Shown piece after piece: positions 1-11,106 of a DNA stretch of 64,000 nucleotides. Position numbers and translations under genes: made by a program. How positions within the stretch are numbered: position 1 is the stretch's first letter; every line of letters starts with the position of its first letter. This stretch comes from Diplonema japonicum (taxonomy: Eukaryota; Protista; Euglenozoa: Diplonemea), in NCBI GenBank assembly GCA_964019335.1, contig OZ025658.1, positions 310,001 to 374,000 of the forward strand, given 5' to 3'. The notes under the pieces are model-generated. The model ran no database searches and was not told the DNA's origin. It saw nothing but the letters and a program-made list of their open reading frames with translations.

Positions 1-395
1 GCTGTGTAGTAGTCCGCTTGCACCATGTTGGTAGCCGTGAAGATGAAGAGGAGGAAAGCCATTACAGCGGCAAAAGGGAAGACGATCCAGATTCTGTTCT
101 TGTCTGTCTGGCTTGTGGCCACCGTCTGTTCAGACACCGCCTCATACACCTTTGCGACGAACGACTTTTTCGGCTCCATGATTGCGCACCAAAAGGTGCC
201 CAACACCGCCCTGCTGTAATGTTTTTTTTTTTTTTTTTTTTTTTTTTCCCGTCTGACCCCCAGTTCAATGGGAAGCTAGCCACGCGCATCACAGCATTGC
301 ACCTGCACAGGCAGGGTTGGTCCATGTCTGCGAACTGACAACTTAACGAAAACACGAAAAAAATGACTACCACAACAACCAACAAGTACCCGCCC
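1..395 (-). CDS. Partial multi-exon membrane protein, running off the window start; intron 214-257
   Basis: Removing the GT..AG intron 214-257 joins ...VASFPLNWG to RAVLGTFWCAIMEPKK...RIWIVFPFAAVMAFLLFIFTATNMVQADYYT, with hydrophobic segments. Upstream exons are uncertain (candidates near 1665-1957 and 1080-1190). Confidence 0.55.
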
Positions 396-859
396 TTGCT
401 TTGGGGAAAAAAAAAAGAAAAAGAAACTGGAAAAAAAAGAGTTTAAGGGAGGGGAGGTGTAAACATCCTATAATCTTTATGAATATATAACTGGGTGGGG
501 GTATTGGGTTTCTATGCAATCAGACTGTTTTAACCAAAGGAAGAAAGTAGGTGAAAGAAAGAAATATAAGAGCTAAAGGAGGCCGGTGTTGGCGGCGCCC
601 TGCACAAGAACTGTCTAAGAAAAAAAAAGATTCTTTTATGACTTACCAAATTAGCTAAAGCTAAGCTTTTTTTTTTTTTTTTTAAATTTCATTCTGTCAT
701 TTTCTTCAGGGCCCGAGTGCAAAAAATTCGGGAACTCGAGTTAAATAATGACTTATAATTTGTTGGCAATAAATGGCTATTTTTTTGCTCGGCACAAGTT
801 GCACAAGGTTAATAAATTATTCTTTTGAAAAAAGAAAAAAAAAAAAAAAAAAAAAAAAA

Positions 860-935
860 TACTGGAAGTGAAGAATATCGGACTGATAAATTCTCGGACG
901 GCATGACACCCGGCCTTACAATTTCTCGTACGCCC
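860..935. mobile_element. Degenerate terminal fragment related to the pogo-like element at 59676
   Basis: tactggaagtgaagaatatcggactgataaattctcggac resembles tactgtaaaacgaataatgtcggacggaaaaattctcggac at 59674. Confidence 0.45.
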
Positions 936-1257
936 AAAAAGCTTTTTTTCAGTGTTCTTTAGAAGACACAGAAAAGAAGAAAGAATTCGACTGTGCAGTA
1001 ATTAGATAAATAAAAAGAAAAGGCATGTGAAAAGTGTAGATGAGGTTATTTTTCTCTTCCTCCTTTTTTTGTCTCACACCTTTCTCACATAATCACACAA
1101 AACAAAACAAAAAAAGAGGAACTGGCCGTTGTTTGTAGGTGGGTAAAACCTGGAGAAGTCAACCCGAAACACGCTGTCGACGTTCCCCTTTTGTTTAGAC
1201 AAGTCAAAGACTCGTTTTTGCAAAAAAAGAAAAGAAAAAAGAGAGAAAACTGCTAAA

Positions 1258-1564
1258 TAGACCCCTAAGTTTGGGAAAATGCTCAAAGTGAGGAAAAAGT
1301 TTCTGAGCCGGCCCCCAAGATTTCATAAATACTCAAGGTGCTACCCCAAATGTTGGACATGACAGCAGCAGGTTATTACACCAACAGCTGCAGTACATCA
1401 CCAAAGGCATGCCCAGCACGGAGCAGGTGGCGATCCCTTTAGGTGGGCCTGTACATCATGTGCAATCTGGGGATCAGTGCACCTTCTTGCTATTTTGAAA
1501 CTACTTCTACTCTTTTGAAAACCAAGGGGGCTGACTTTAAGCATTTCTAAAATTTAGGAGTCTA
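1258..1564. mobile_element. MITE with ~30-bp imperfect TIRs and TA at both ends
   Basis: Left end tagacccctaagtttgggaaaatgctcaaagt matches the reverse complement of the right end, tagactcctaaattttagaaatgcttaaagt. Confidence 0.7.
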
Positions 1565-2412
1565 GTTTGCACTCCACCCCCCCCCCCAAAAAAAAGAAAA
1601 CAATCGGAAAAAGAAATGAAAGGAAAAAAAAAAAAAAGAAACAAAAATATGGGTAAGAAATACATCGTCCGGTAAAAAAATGACAACGAAGGCTGCAATT
1701 CATTGAACAAGAGTAAAGGTAAACACGAATTCAAAAACCTTTTTTTTTTTTTGACAAATACTGACCATAACAGAAAAGGGAGACGAGGGTGATGACCGCC
1801 GATGACAACAGCGAAGAACACATCTGATGTACTTCTTTATATCTCATGTTATCCCCACCACCATAAGAAAATGAGAAGAGAGAGAAATATATAATAGAAC
1901 AGATAAGAATGCACCTCCTCTGCCGGCACCCGGAAGTTTGAGGGTGCATCTTGCCATGTTTTCTCATCTTTCTCTTTCCCTTCCAATTCCTATTAAATTT
2001 AAAAGAGCGGGGGGGGGGGGGGGGGGGAGGGATAAAGCAAAAAGAGAGGAACCAGTACAATGAGTACTCCTTCTCAAATATTTTTTTTGGGGGGGGAGTT
2101 AGAAGTAGATCAAACAACAAAAAAGAGGGGGACTCAAAGAGAAGCGAGAATCTTTCTTTTCATTTCTTTTTTTAAAAACTCCTTCATGATTTTTTTTAAT
2201 TAGTTAAAAGACGCGATGCGTGGGGGGGGTTTTTTTTTTAAAAAGTTTTTTATTACCTACTGATTTTGTCCCCAATACCTTGCAAAGAAAAGGAGAAACG
2301 ATAACAAAAAAAAAAAAAAGAAAAAAAGAAAGAAAAAAAGAGAGGGATATATATATAAAAAAAAAAAAAAAAGGAAAACAACAACACAAAAAAAATTGTT
2401 GTTCACTAAACC

Positions 2413-4815
2413 TTAAGGTTCCACATTAGATTTGTTTCCACATGAAACAGTTGAAATGTTAGAAGGGGAACGAGAGTGCATGGAGTACACCGAGAACCCA
2501 GGGGTGAGGGGCCTCCTAAGGTGCGTTTTGTTCTTCATGTTCTGCAGAATACGAAGGATGACAGGGTCGCCAGACGTGGACAGCATCTGAATATCCTCCT
2601 CCTCGAATGCCTTGTGATAGACATCCGTCCACTCCCAACCGGAGGGAACCTCAAGGGTCCACGCCGCATCGCGTTCCTGACATTCTACATTGAGCTCGTA
2701 AACCATTACAATGCGTTGGGTCTTATCATTGATGTACCACCTGTCAACAGGCCTAGTAATATCACGTAGGGTATGGTCCATAAATGTATTGGAGTGTCCC
2801 GGTAGCGATGCGTGCAGGGTATATGCACCAAGCTCTTTTGCGGAGTGGGACAGGGAACCTGCTAGTTCTACACAACCACCTATCACCATCACGAACCTTT
2901 GAGCGACACCCACATGTCCACAAAGTCCAGAACCTGAAGCCACACCAACATGTACCTTGGAATCCCACGAACTGTGTTCTGTGCAGTTGAACAGGTACCC
3001 AGCGTACCTCACAGCATTCGAGAGATGGTAATTGCACTTCTTCAAAGTGTTCCAAGAGGATGTTATAGACGTTGAGCACACTGATATCACTGTCCCCTCG
3101 TACTTCTCGGTTCCCTCGATGACGTATGTCAACACCTCGTTCACAGCTGTCAATGGATCGATGACATGGGTTAGACAGCTGAACTCCACCATCGTGTGCG
3201 CTATTGTCACGCTGGACTCCGTTCTTAAATGAGCGGTCAGCTTGCTTATGCATGAGTCGGAAAGGCGTTTTTTCGCGTGTCTACTTGAATCGGATGCGGT
3301 GTCAGAGATGTTGTCCGGTTGGTGTTGTTTCATGATTAGTGCTTTTCGACCTTTCAGCGATGACGGGATTAGTAGGAAGACCTCGGTGACACCGGATATC
3401 CCTTTCAGTTCGATGCCACCCAGTGGCATTACCTCCGGTGTAAAGGATGTGAAAAAATCCTTTCTGAGGACCTGTACGACTTCGTCGGTAACCGCGGTCG
3501 CGCCGCCTACGCTGATGCCTTCCACCCTGGCTGCCTTGTTCACTGTTGGTCCGAAGTAGTCGTAACGTCCTGTGATGGGGTTTTCCTCGATTTCAACCTC
3601 ACCGCAGTGTACGCCCATTCTGACTCGTAGGCCTCTCCATGCGCCTTCTACTTCGCAGCATTCTGGGAGACCCAGGAGTTCTAAGGGCCATTCTGTGCTT
3701 CTCGCTAACTTTTCCTGGGCCAGAAAACAGAAGCTGCACGCGTCGAACGCGCTGTCAAACGCGATCATGAAGGCGTCGCCGATTGTCTTCACCTCGTAGC
3801 CACTTGTTCGTGAGATGCAGAACCGCACCACCCGGTTGTGTATTTTCAATGCTTTTTTCATGCTTGACGGAACGGCATCCCATATATGAGTAGAGGACTG
3901 GATGTCGGTGAATACGAGAGAGACGTGCCCCCCGTCGAGGCCTGGGGGGGTGCCGCGGACATTTCTTGGCGATGCCTCGTCGCTCATCAGCCTTCCGTCG
4001 AACAGAGCGTCTGGTAGGTAGGGTCGGTACTGTGTGAGGTTGGCGAGGAGGGAAGTGAATGCGTTCTTGAGGTCACTGTCGCCACCTTTGCCGACGAGGA
4101 TCTCCGCCTCGTCGAGGTCGAAGCGTACCATCGCCGACGCGACGCGCTCTGCGAGGTGTATCGAGTGCGCCACCTTCTCCCGCTCCTCCCGCATCCCCAC
4201 AGCGAAGCGTCTTGTTAAGACAAAGTCTCCTATTAAGACTGACATTCGAAGGGCGAAGATCCTCAATCCCACCCCCCACCCCGCCCCGCTTGTCCACCCG
4301 CCATCCTCTGCCTCCGCTGCCGTGTACGGGAACACTGAGTAGTACCCGAACCCAGCTGACTCCTCCACACATTTCAACACGAGGTGAAGTCCTATCGCTC
4401 CTTGAAGTGCGGCAGTCACTTTCCGGCTGCTGTTCGACAGCAGCATTAGATCGCTTACAACCACAACGCCGATCCATGATTCCATCACCCCGTTCGTTCT
4501 CCAGTCGTGCAGGATGAAGTAGATCCCGAGGGAGAGGAGGAAGTATCCGCATGTGCTGAGACGCACCTCTTTTTGCCTGGATATTAAAAAAGAGAAGAGG
4601 GCGGTGAAAACAAAGGGTGCCGTGTTGAGGAGGGTCGTGGCATAATCGGAAGAGGCCAGTGAGACCACACTGAGGCACAGGGAGAGGACCAACACGACTA
4701 GTCCAAAGGGGACAACCAACCACAGCAAAGTAGTTTCGGCCTCTGTGGGGAGCTCGGGCAGTAGCCAGTTTATGATGACCCCGCAAGCTGCCCCGGGCAG
4801 TGCGTGGCATCTCAT
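2413..4815 (-). CDS. Membrane-anchored class III adenylate cyclase (one intact and one degenerate cyclase domain)
   Basis: N-terminal TM helices, then FTDIQSST, YEVKTIGDAFM, RVRMGVHCG and YDYFGPTVNKAARVE. The K and D specificity residues indicate ATP. The C-terminal copy is degenerate (VHVGVASG...FVMVIGGCVELA). Confidence 0.9.
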   Translation of the reverse strand: MRCHALPGAACGVIINWLLPELPTEAETTLLWLVVPFGLVVLVLSLCLSVVSLASSDYATTLLNTAPFVFTALFSFLISRQKEVRLSTCGYFLLSLGIYFILHDWRTNGVMESWIGVVVVSDLMLLSNSSRKVTAALQGAIGLHLVLKCVEESAGFGYYSVFPYTAAEAEDGGWTSGAGWGVGLRIFALRMSVLIGDFVLTRRFAVGMREEREKVAHSIHLAERVASAMVRFDLDEAEILVGKGGDSDLKNAFTSLLANLTQYRPYLPDALFDGRLMSDEASPRNVRGTPPGLDGGHVSLVFTDIQSSTHIWDAVPSSMKKALKIHNRVVRFCISRTSGYEVKTIGDAFMIAFDSAFDACSFCFLAQEKLARSTEWPLELLGLPECCEVEGAWRGLRVRMGVHCGEVEIEENPITGRYDYFGPTVNKAARVEGISVGGATAVTDEVVQVLRKDFFTSFTPEVMPLGGIELKGISGVTEVFLLIPSSLKGRKALIMKQHQPDNISDTASDSSRHAKKRLSDSCISKLTAHLRTESSVTIAHTMVEFSCLTHVIDPLTAVNEVLTYVIEGTEKYEGTVISVCSTSITSSWNTLKKCNYHLSNAVRYAGYLFNCTEHSSWDSKVHVGVASGSGLCGHVGVAQRFVMVIGGCVELAGSLSHSAKELGAYTLHASLPGHSNTFMDHTLRDITRPVDRWYINDKTQRIVMVYELNVECQERDAAWTLEVPSGWEWTDVYHKAFEEEDIQMLSTSGDPVILRILQNMKNKTHLRRPLTPGFSVYSMHSRSPSNISTVSCGNKSNVEP

Positions 4816-5000
4816 TTCCCCTCACTCCTGTGATAATAGAATTCTTTTTTTTTTCCCCCAACGATGTGGCAAAAAGAAAAAGAAGTGTGACACGAAAGAA
4901 CAAAAAACAAAAAAAAAAACGAGGGTACAAGCCAAAAGAACGGGAAAAAAAAAAACAGAACATAAACGGGCTGGGAGGGGGATAGTGGATGCTGAAAGAA

Positions 5001-5034
<34 letters not shown>

Positions 5035-5785
5035 ACATTTAAAAAATAAAATAAAAAGAAAGAAAGAAAATTGGGTGAATGACTTTCCGTTGCAATGTCG
5101 TGTTAAAAGCTTGTCAAAGGTTAAAATAGCCCAAACAAGGCTTCGACATGCGAAAAAAGAAAGGGGGGGAAAGACGGGTCAGCTGGCAGCCCCCTTTTTG
5201 CTTATATACCTGCTTCCAATAAAATTAATGCGCACACAGTTTTTATTACCCCATGACCATTAAAAAGATATCTTTCTCTCTAGGTACGGGACATTAAGAG
5301 CAAAGTAAAGTCCTCTTTTTTTTTTTCGACGGGGGAAAAAAAAACTTCGGAGAAACTGCAGGGAGGGGGGGAGAAGGAAAAAAAAGAGACATACACACAG
5401 TAGAATGGAAAACGAAACAATCTAGTAAACTTTGCAGTTTGATGGAAAAAAAGGGGGGGGGGCTAATAATAAGCGCACACAGTTGGGAAGCAAAGTGAGC
5501 AAATAAAAAAAAAAGAAAAGAAAATGTGTAGTTAGGCATTTGCGGGAGGAAATATAATAAAGAAGATTTTTGCAAAATGAGGGGGGTAGTAGTTTCCTGC
5601 AAAGAGATGCTACCCTCAAAAAAAATAAAAATTGATATCCCATTTAAAATAATAATAATAATAAACAATCTTCACTTGAGCACATTGTCTAAAGCTAGGA
5701 AACACCTTCCCCCCCCTCCCCCACCCCCCTCCCCTTTTTTTTTGGTTGGAGCTCTATTTTCTTTTTTTTTTTTTTAAATGTTCTC

Positions 5786-8700
5786 TCATGGGTGCCCTAT
5801 CGATTTTGGGCGTCTCGCGCTAGAAGGTGGCCGCTCTGGGGGCTCGCGAGGTGCATGCGGAGGAGTAAGAGTGGGTACAGGAACGGGGGTTGTGTCCAGA
5901 ATATTCTCCAGCTTTGTTATAAGGTAAACATGCTTTGCATTGAGGTATGATTCATATTGGTCAGCCCATGTAGGGCGCACACGGGACCACCATTGCTTGA
6001 TGTCCTTAAGAAGGGTCATCTGGTCCCCGCTCGGGGCGAATGAGTACGTAGACAAGGGACAGGCCCGTAACCCAAGCAGCAGAACCTTCACGGGTTCAGT
6101 GTCTTGCAAAGCGATGTCGAGTTGCTTGGTCTTCGTCTGCTCCAGAACCTGCAAGGTCATTCTCTTTATTTCCCTCTCCAGTCTCTTCCATCTATAAGGT
6201 TCCCTCTCAGGTGCTTCCGGGGCCTCCATCGGACGGGGATCCGCAGCCTTCTCAGGCTTCTTCGTCACCACAGGGATCCCTGAGTACGATGCCCGCACCC
6301 TTTTCTCCATCTTCCGTATTTTTTTTTCTCGTTCCTTCAAAAGTGTTGCTGTTTTCTTCAGTTCTGCGTCCCGCCGCCCCAATGCATCGTTCTGGTCCTC
6401 TGTGATGTGTTCCCTCTTTGTGAGGTCGGCTTCACGTCGTGTTAGGAGCTCGTCCCGCTTCGTCGCTGCGTGCTCCCGTCCTACCAGTGTCCTTTGTAGC
6501 ATCTCTAGTCTCACCTCCAGTTCGCACTTCACCTGTTCCGACTCCCTCAGCACCGCTAGCTCCAAGTTCTGCTTTGCGATCACATCCATCGCAGCCTGCA
6601 GTTTCCCTCTCATGTATTCGCTTTCTCCCGACCCTTCCTCCAGTACCTGCACCCTGCTCTCCGCCTCCCTTGCTCTTGTCAGCGCTTCTTGCAGCTCCCT
6701 TCCCTGCTCCTCCCACAGCCCTCCTTTGTTATTTATCGTCTCGATGTGTGCATTACGTTCCTTCTGCAGGTCCTCGATTCTTGTCTGCATCGAGGACACG
6801 GTTGTTTGCAGATCCGCCACTGTCACCGTGAGCACCTCCGTCTTTGTCATGAAGGGTGTCAGGCTGGCGGCCACAACAGTCACAGCTGACGCTACAATCG
6901 AGGGCATGGTAAGGGTGGTCTGCAGCAAGGCTGCCTGGGGCTTCAAAACCTTGGATGAGCTGAGTCTAACGAAGGCTTCGTGTGGTTCGTCGTTCAGCAG
7001 CAGTGTGAGGGCCTTGCGGGTGGTGTCCTCAGTACCCGAGAGGGATCGCGGCCTTGCTGCAGGGAAGGGGAGGATGCCCGATGCAGATATCAGGACGGCC
7101 ACAGCAGAGGCCACGATGGTCCCGTGCACGATGCGTGCATGCAGATGCCCAGAAAGCTCTGCGTACCGCTCATGATTTTTCAGTGTGTTGTAGGTGGCCA
7201 CGAGACTCCCATCAAGGAGGGCGCCCAGCGCGGACTCGAGGACGATCTTGTCCGACGACGTGTGGTGCAGCTCCTTGACGGTCTCGTGTAGCTCGATCAT
7301 GCGCTTGTCGCCCTCAGCGCGCTCCTTGTTCAGTTGCTCTACTTTCTCTTTCAGGATGTCGACCTCCTCCACACGTTGCACCACAAACGCCTCCAGCACA
7401 CCTAGCTGCTGCGTACACATCTTCCTCTGCTGCAGGGACAAGACAGGTGAGTGGAACTTCGATGCGGTAGCGACAAACTCCAGCCCGCCGTCATTGGCAA
7501 TCGTGTCGCACATCTCGTTGTCTTGCAGCGAGAGAACTGCCAGCACGTAGCCGAACACGTTGCTGGACACCACGTCCTCTGTCGACGCTGAAGCGAAGGT
7601 GAACCGCACGAGGTCCAACACACCGTTGGAGATAGCCTCCTTCCTCACCACGTCGTCCGTCAGCACTTTCCCCAGAAGAAGACTTGCGGCGTTCCGAAGC
7701 GGTTTCCCCACCTGCCCTCGGATGATCTCTTGCAGGAGCTGCAACCCGTTCTTGTTGATGACTTGCTGCAGCGCATCCGGCTGGTCTTCAAACCCCGTCA
7801 GGTTGTTCAGGACTGTGACACACATTGTCGACACGTCTGCCGTGCTCTGCTTGCCAAGGATGCCAATGCAGCACCCCACAACGTCATGCCGCAGCAACGA
7901 CATTGCACGTTCCTTGCTGCAGTTCGCAGAGATGGCTGAGATGCATCCCAAGCACGACATCTTGATGGTCGCGTGCTCCGTAGTGGTGGCGGCGGTGCTG
8001 ATCATCGTCACGCCTCTCTCGGGTGCAATCTCCACCAAGCTCTTCTGCCCATCGGGGAACGACATCAAATGGAGCAAGGCCTGCGCGCACGCAGCGCCCG
8101 TCCCTTCATTCCCGACGAGGTACTCCAGCGCGTCGCACAGAACGGTAATCACCCTGTTGCACGATTCGTAGATCCTCCCCCACCCCTCCTCCTTCTGGTT
8201 CACGATCATTGAGTAAAGGCAGCTGATACCTGCTGACAGCACATTCTGCGAAGATGAGTGTATGCTCATACTCTCTAAAACAGCACCCGGAATTTGAATT
8301 GTATGTCCCGCCAGCTTCTGCACAATAGAACAGCACAGCTCAGCAGAGTCGGACGATGTCGAGTAAGAGGTGAGGAGGGTTGCAATCTGCTGCATGGCGC
8401 CCTTGCTCACCAGCACTTGGGACAACGCGTCGGACTCGATGGCGGATCGCACAAGCTCCAGGGAGTTGAGTAGCGCCTGCTCTGTCTTGCATCTTTGTGA
8501 AGCCATCCGCATCCTACGCGACATGGATGGTGTGAACTCCCCGCTCCGTATAGAAAAGACAGACGTCATAGTAGGTATGGTGCCGTCTGTGTCTGGGCCG
8601 GAACCACAGGCAGCAACGGCAACCGCCAGTGCAGATGCAATGGAGGTGCAGTGCGAGCCTTTCAAAGGCGTGCCTCTGATGTAGACGATGTGCGCAAGGA

Positions 8701-9691
8701 TATTAGAGACGATCTCCCCGAAGGTGTCGACCTTCGTGTTGAAGTACTCCACAGCGGCATCGTCGCTGAGAAGCTGCGACAACAGCGTGATGAAGGCACG
8801 CCACACGGACGAGTCGTTGTACAAGTCGTTCTCCTTGCTCTTCAAACCCACTTCGAGGATGTTGTCAAGCATTGTACCCACACCCTTCACAACCGCCTCG
8901 TCGACGAAGAGAGCCTCCAACGCAGAGAGGCACACCTGAAGCTCAGGACCTTTCGTGGCGGGCATTTTCGTTAGGATAGCAAGACAAAGATCGATAGCTT
9001 CAGGCGCGTCTAAAAAACCCATGTTCGCGTACTGCAGAGCAAGTTCAAAGATGCTGGATAGATAGACATCAGTGCCTGCAGGTCTTCGAAACCATTCCAA
9101 CACAAGACGCACCTCGTCGTTAGGCACAATAAGGCTGACACCAGACTCGTACAATGCATTTAATGCCCCAAAGACCTCATGTGCCAAATCGTGGTTGGTG
9201 TAGTATTCCTGAAGGCAGGTTAGGATAGAAGAGCGTACTTGTATGGCCTCGTCGGAGGAGATGTCCAAGGTGGGCTGGCTTAAAGCGAGCTTGATGGCCT
9301 GGCAGCTGGTGACGACACTGGTGGAGTCAGATAGGTTTTGAATGGCGAAGATTGCTGATTCTGTAACAGGACGAGAAGCAAGATCTGCGAGTAGTTCTAG
9401 TTTAGAAGATTGGGGTGCTATGATGGAGAGGGTCTCTGGTGTGCCGCCGTCTCGTCGTGTCGCGATGTGGGAGGGAGGGCTTCGGTGGTTGCCATCGTTC
9501 AAGAGAAGGTTCTTTCCGGTTAACAGTCCTTTCAAATGGCTGTACTCTCGGGTGAGCGTTGTCGTGCCCGCACTGAATGTCTCAGGGGAGGACTCGTTTA
9601 CCCCTGTCCCAAAGAAGTTTGCAAAAGGTTCCAATTCTTCATTTTCTGAAATCTCGGAGTCGGTCTCAGAGCGGTCGCATTCTTCGCCCAT
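5786..9691 (-). CDS. Large ARM/HEAT-repeat and coiled-coil protein (~1300 aa)
   Basis: Uninterrupted long ORF with helical repeat segments (e.g. LVSKGAMQQIATLL, VINKNGLQLLQEII) and C-terminal coiled coils. First ATG is at 9691. Confidence 0.75.
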   Translation of the reverse strand: MGEECDRSETDSEISENEELEPFANFFGTGVNESSPETFSAGTTTLTREYSHLKGLLTGKNLLLNDGNHRSPPSHIATRRDGGTPETLSIIAPQSSKLELLADLASRPVTESAIFAIQNLSDSTSVVTSCQAIKLALSQPTLDISSDEAIQVRSSILTCLQEYYTNHDLAHEVFGALNALYESGVSLIVPNDEVRLVLEWFRRPAGTDVYLSSIFELALQYANMGFLDAPEAIDLCLAILTKMPATKGPELQVCLSALEALFVDEAVVKGVGTMLDNILEVGLKSKENDLYNDSSVWRAFITLLSQLLSDDAAVEYFNTKVDTFGEIVSNILAHIVYIRGTPLKGSHCTSIASALAVAVAACGSGPDTDGTIPTMTSVFSIRSGEFTPSMSRRMRMASQRCKTEQALLNSLELVRSAIESDALSQVLVSKGAMQQIATLLTSYSTSSDSAELCCSIVQKLAGHTIQIPGAVLESMSIHSSSQNVLSAGISCLYSMIVNQKEEGWGRIYESCNRVITVLCDALEYLVGNEGTGAACAQALLHLMSFPDGQKSLVEIAPERGVTMISTAATTTEHATIKMSCLGCISAISANCSKERAMSLLRHDVVGCCIGILGKQSTADVSTMCVTVLNNLTGFEDQPDALQQVINKNGLQLLQEIIRGQVGKPLRNAASLLLGKVLTDDVVRKEAISNGVLDLVRFTFASASTEDVVSSNVFGYVLAVLSLQDNEMCDTIANDGGLEFVATASKFHSPVLSLQQRKMCTQQLGVLEAFVVQRVEEVDILKEKVEQLNKERAEGDKRMIELHETVKELHHTSSDKIVLESALGALLDGSLVATYNTLKNHERYAELSGHLHARIVHGTIVASAVAVLISASGILPFPAARPRSLSGTEDTTRKALTLLLNDEPHEAFVRLSSSKVLKPQAALLQTTLTMPSIVASAVTVVAASLTPFMTKTEVLTVTVADLQTTVSSMQTRIEDLQKERNAHIETINNKGGLWEEQGRELQEALTRAREAESRVQVLEEGSGESEYMRGKLQAAMDVIAKQNLELAVLRESEQVKCELEVRLEMLQRTLVGREHAATKRDELLTRREADLTKREHITEDQNDALGRRDAELKKTATLLKEREKKIRKMEKRVRASYSGIPVVTKKPEKAADPRPMEAPEAPEREPYRWKRLEREIKRMTLQVLEQTKTKQLDIALQDTEPVKVLLLGLRACPLSTYSFAPSGDQMTLLKDIKQWWSRVRPTWADQYESYLNAKHVYLITKLENILDTTPVPVPTLTPPHAPREPPERPPSSARRPKSIGHP

Positions 9692-9919
9692 ACCCCTCCC
9701 CCCCACGCCCTTTCGAAGAAAAAAAAAATTCGTGTGTAGGAGGATGATACTTGAAATGGGTCTTTATTAAAAAAAAAAAAAAGTTTCTGACGACAGTGAA
9801 CGGACGTAACGTAACAAGAAAAAAAAGGGGGTTTGTGTGGGACAGGTGATGGTGGGGGAAGAATAATATTAAAAAAAGGGGGGGTGACACTCCACCAAGA
9901 ATCCAACCCAACAACGAGA

Positions 9920-9960
<41 letters not shown>

Positions 9961-11106
9961 ACATTTTTTTTTTTTCTTTGAAAAAAAAAAAGAATCGCAT
10001 CCCACTTAACCAAGGAATTACAAAGAGAGAAAAGAAAGGGGGAAATATAAGGATGGGGACGGGAGATGAGTGAAATGATTCAGTCGAAGAAAAAAGAAAA
10101 TGCTATTTCATTTTTTTTAACTTCTTTAAATTGTCTATTCTATATGATCGGCTTCTGGTGTCCGTTTATCACACAAACTCTGAAAAAACAAACAATACAA
10201 AAAAGTTTTTTTTGTAAGACTCTCCCACTTGAGGAAGCCTCTTGCGGTGTGAGCTTCTATCTAATAGTGCTCCCCTTTTGGGATAGCTTTTGTCCCTATT
10301 GTCGTCTTTAAAGCTGTTCGTAGTAGTGTCACTCGGTTTTTTTTTTTTTTTTTTTTTTTTTTCCTTTTGTATGTGTTCCCTGATGCAAAGGTCACCTGCT
10401 GAAGCTATCGCAGCTTTTAAGGGGGGGAAAAAAAAGGAAGAAGAAAAAAAAAAAGAAAAAAACACACATACATCCCTCTCATTGGACCCTACTGTGGCCG
10501 CAGGTGGTCTCTAAAAGTCCGGGAGGGGCATTTCTTTTTTTTTTTCCATTAATTGACCTACCGGAGCCGACCAATTGGGGGGAGGTTTTTTTTTTTTTTT
10601 CGGAAGGAAATAGCGAAAGAGAAAAAAAAAAGGAAAAAAAAAGACAAAATCATTTCTACTCAAAAAAAAAAGGGAAAAAAAATAGCATGAAAAGAAAGGG
10701 ATGTAAAAAGTGCCAGGAGGTGTGGGAAGGAAACGAGGGGCCTACACCTATAAACAAAAAAAAATATGTCATAAGATGGGAGGAAGGAGTGTTAGCAACA
10801 ACCTGCCCAAAAAAATAAAAAGAAAGATACAAGCAAGGTTTTTCGGATGGGGGGGGGGGGCGAGAGACAGAAAAAAAAGCAGAAAAGCAGAAACAGGAGG
10901 CGGGGTTTGACGGAAAGAGTTCAAATAAGGAAGAATGCTCCCCCCCCCCCCCCCCCCCTTCCCCACCGCCTTACTAAACTCGCAAAAAAACTTTTTTTTC
11001 TTTTTCTTATTTTTTTTTCTTCCTTCCTCATATAGAAACATGGGGATACTTCTCCCTGAAACTTTTTTTTTTTTTTAAAAAGAATGTTTTAAAGGAAAAA
11101 AAAAAA

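Noticed and set aside
4073-5263. Long poly-Lys/Phe/Gly/Pro ORFs here and across the window
   Set aside because: They are homopolymer-derived, stop-poor frames or antisense shadows of real genes.
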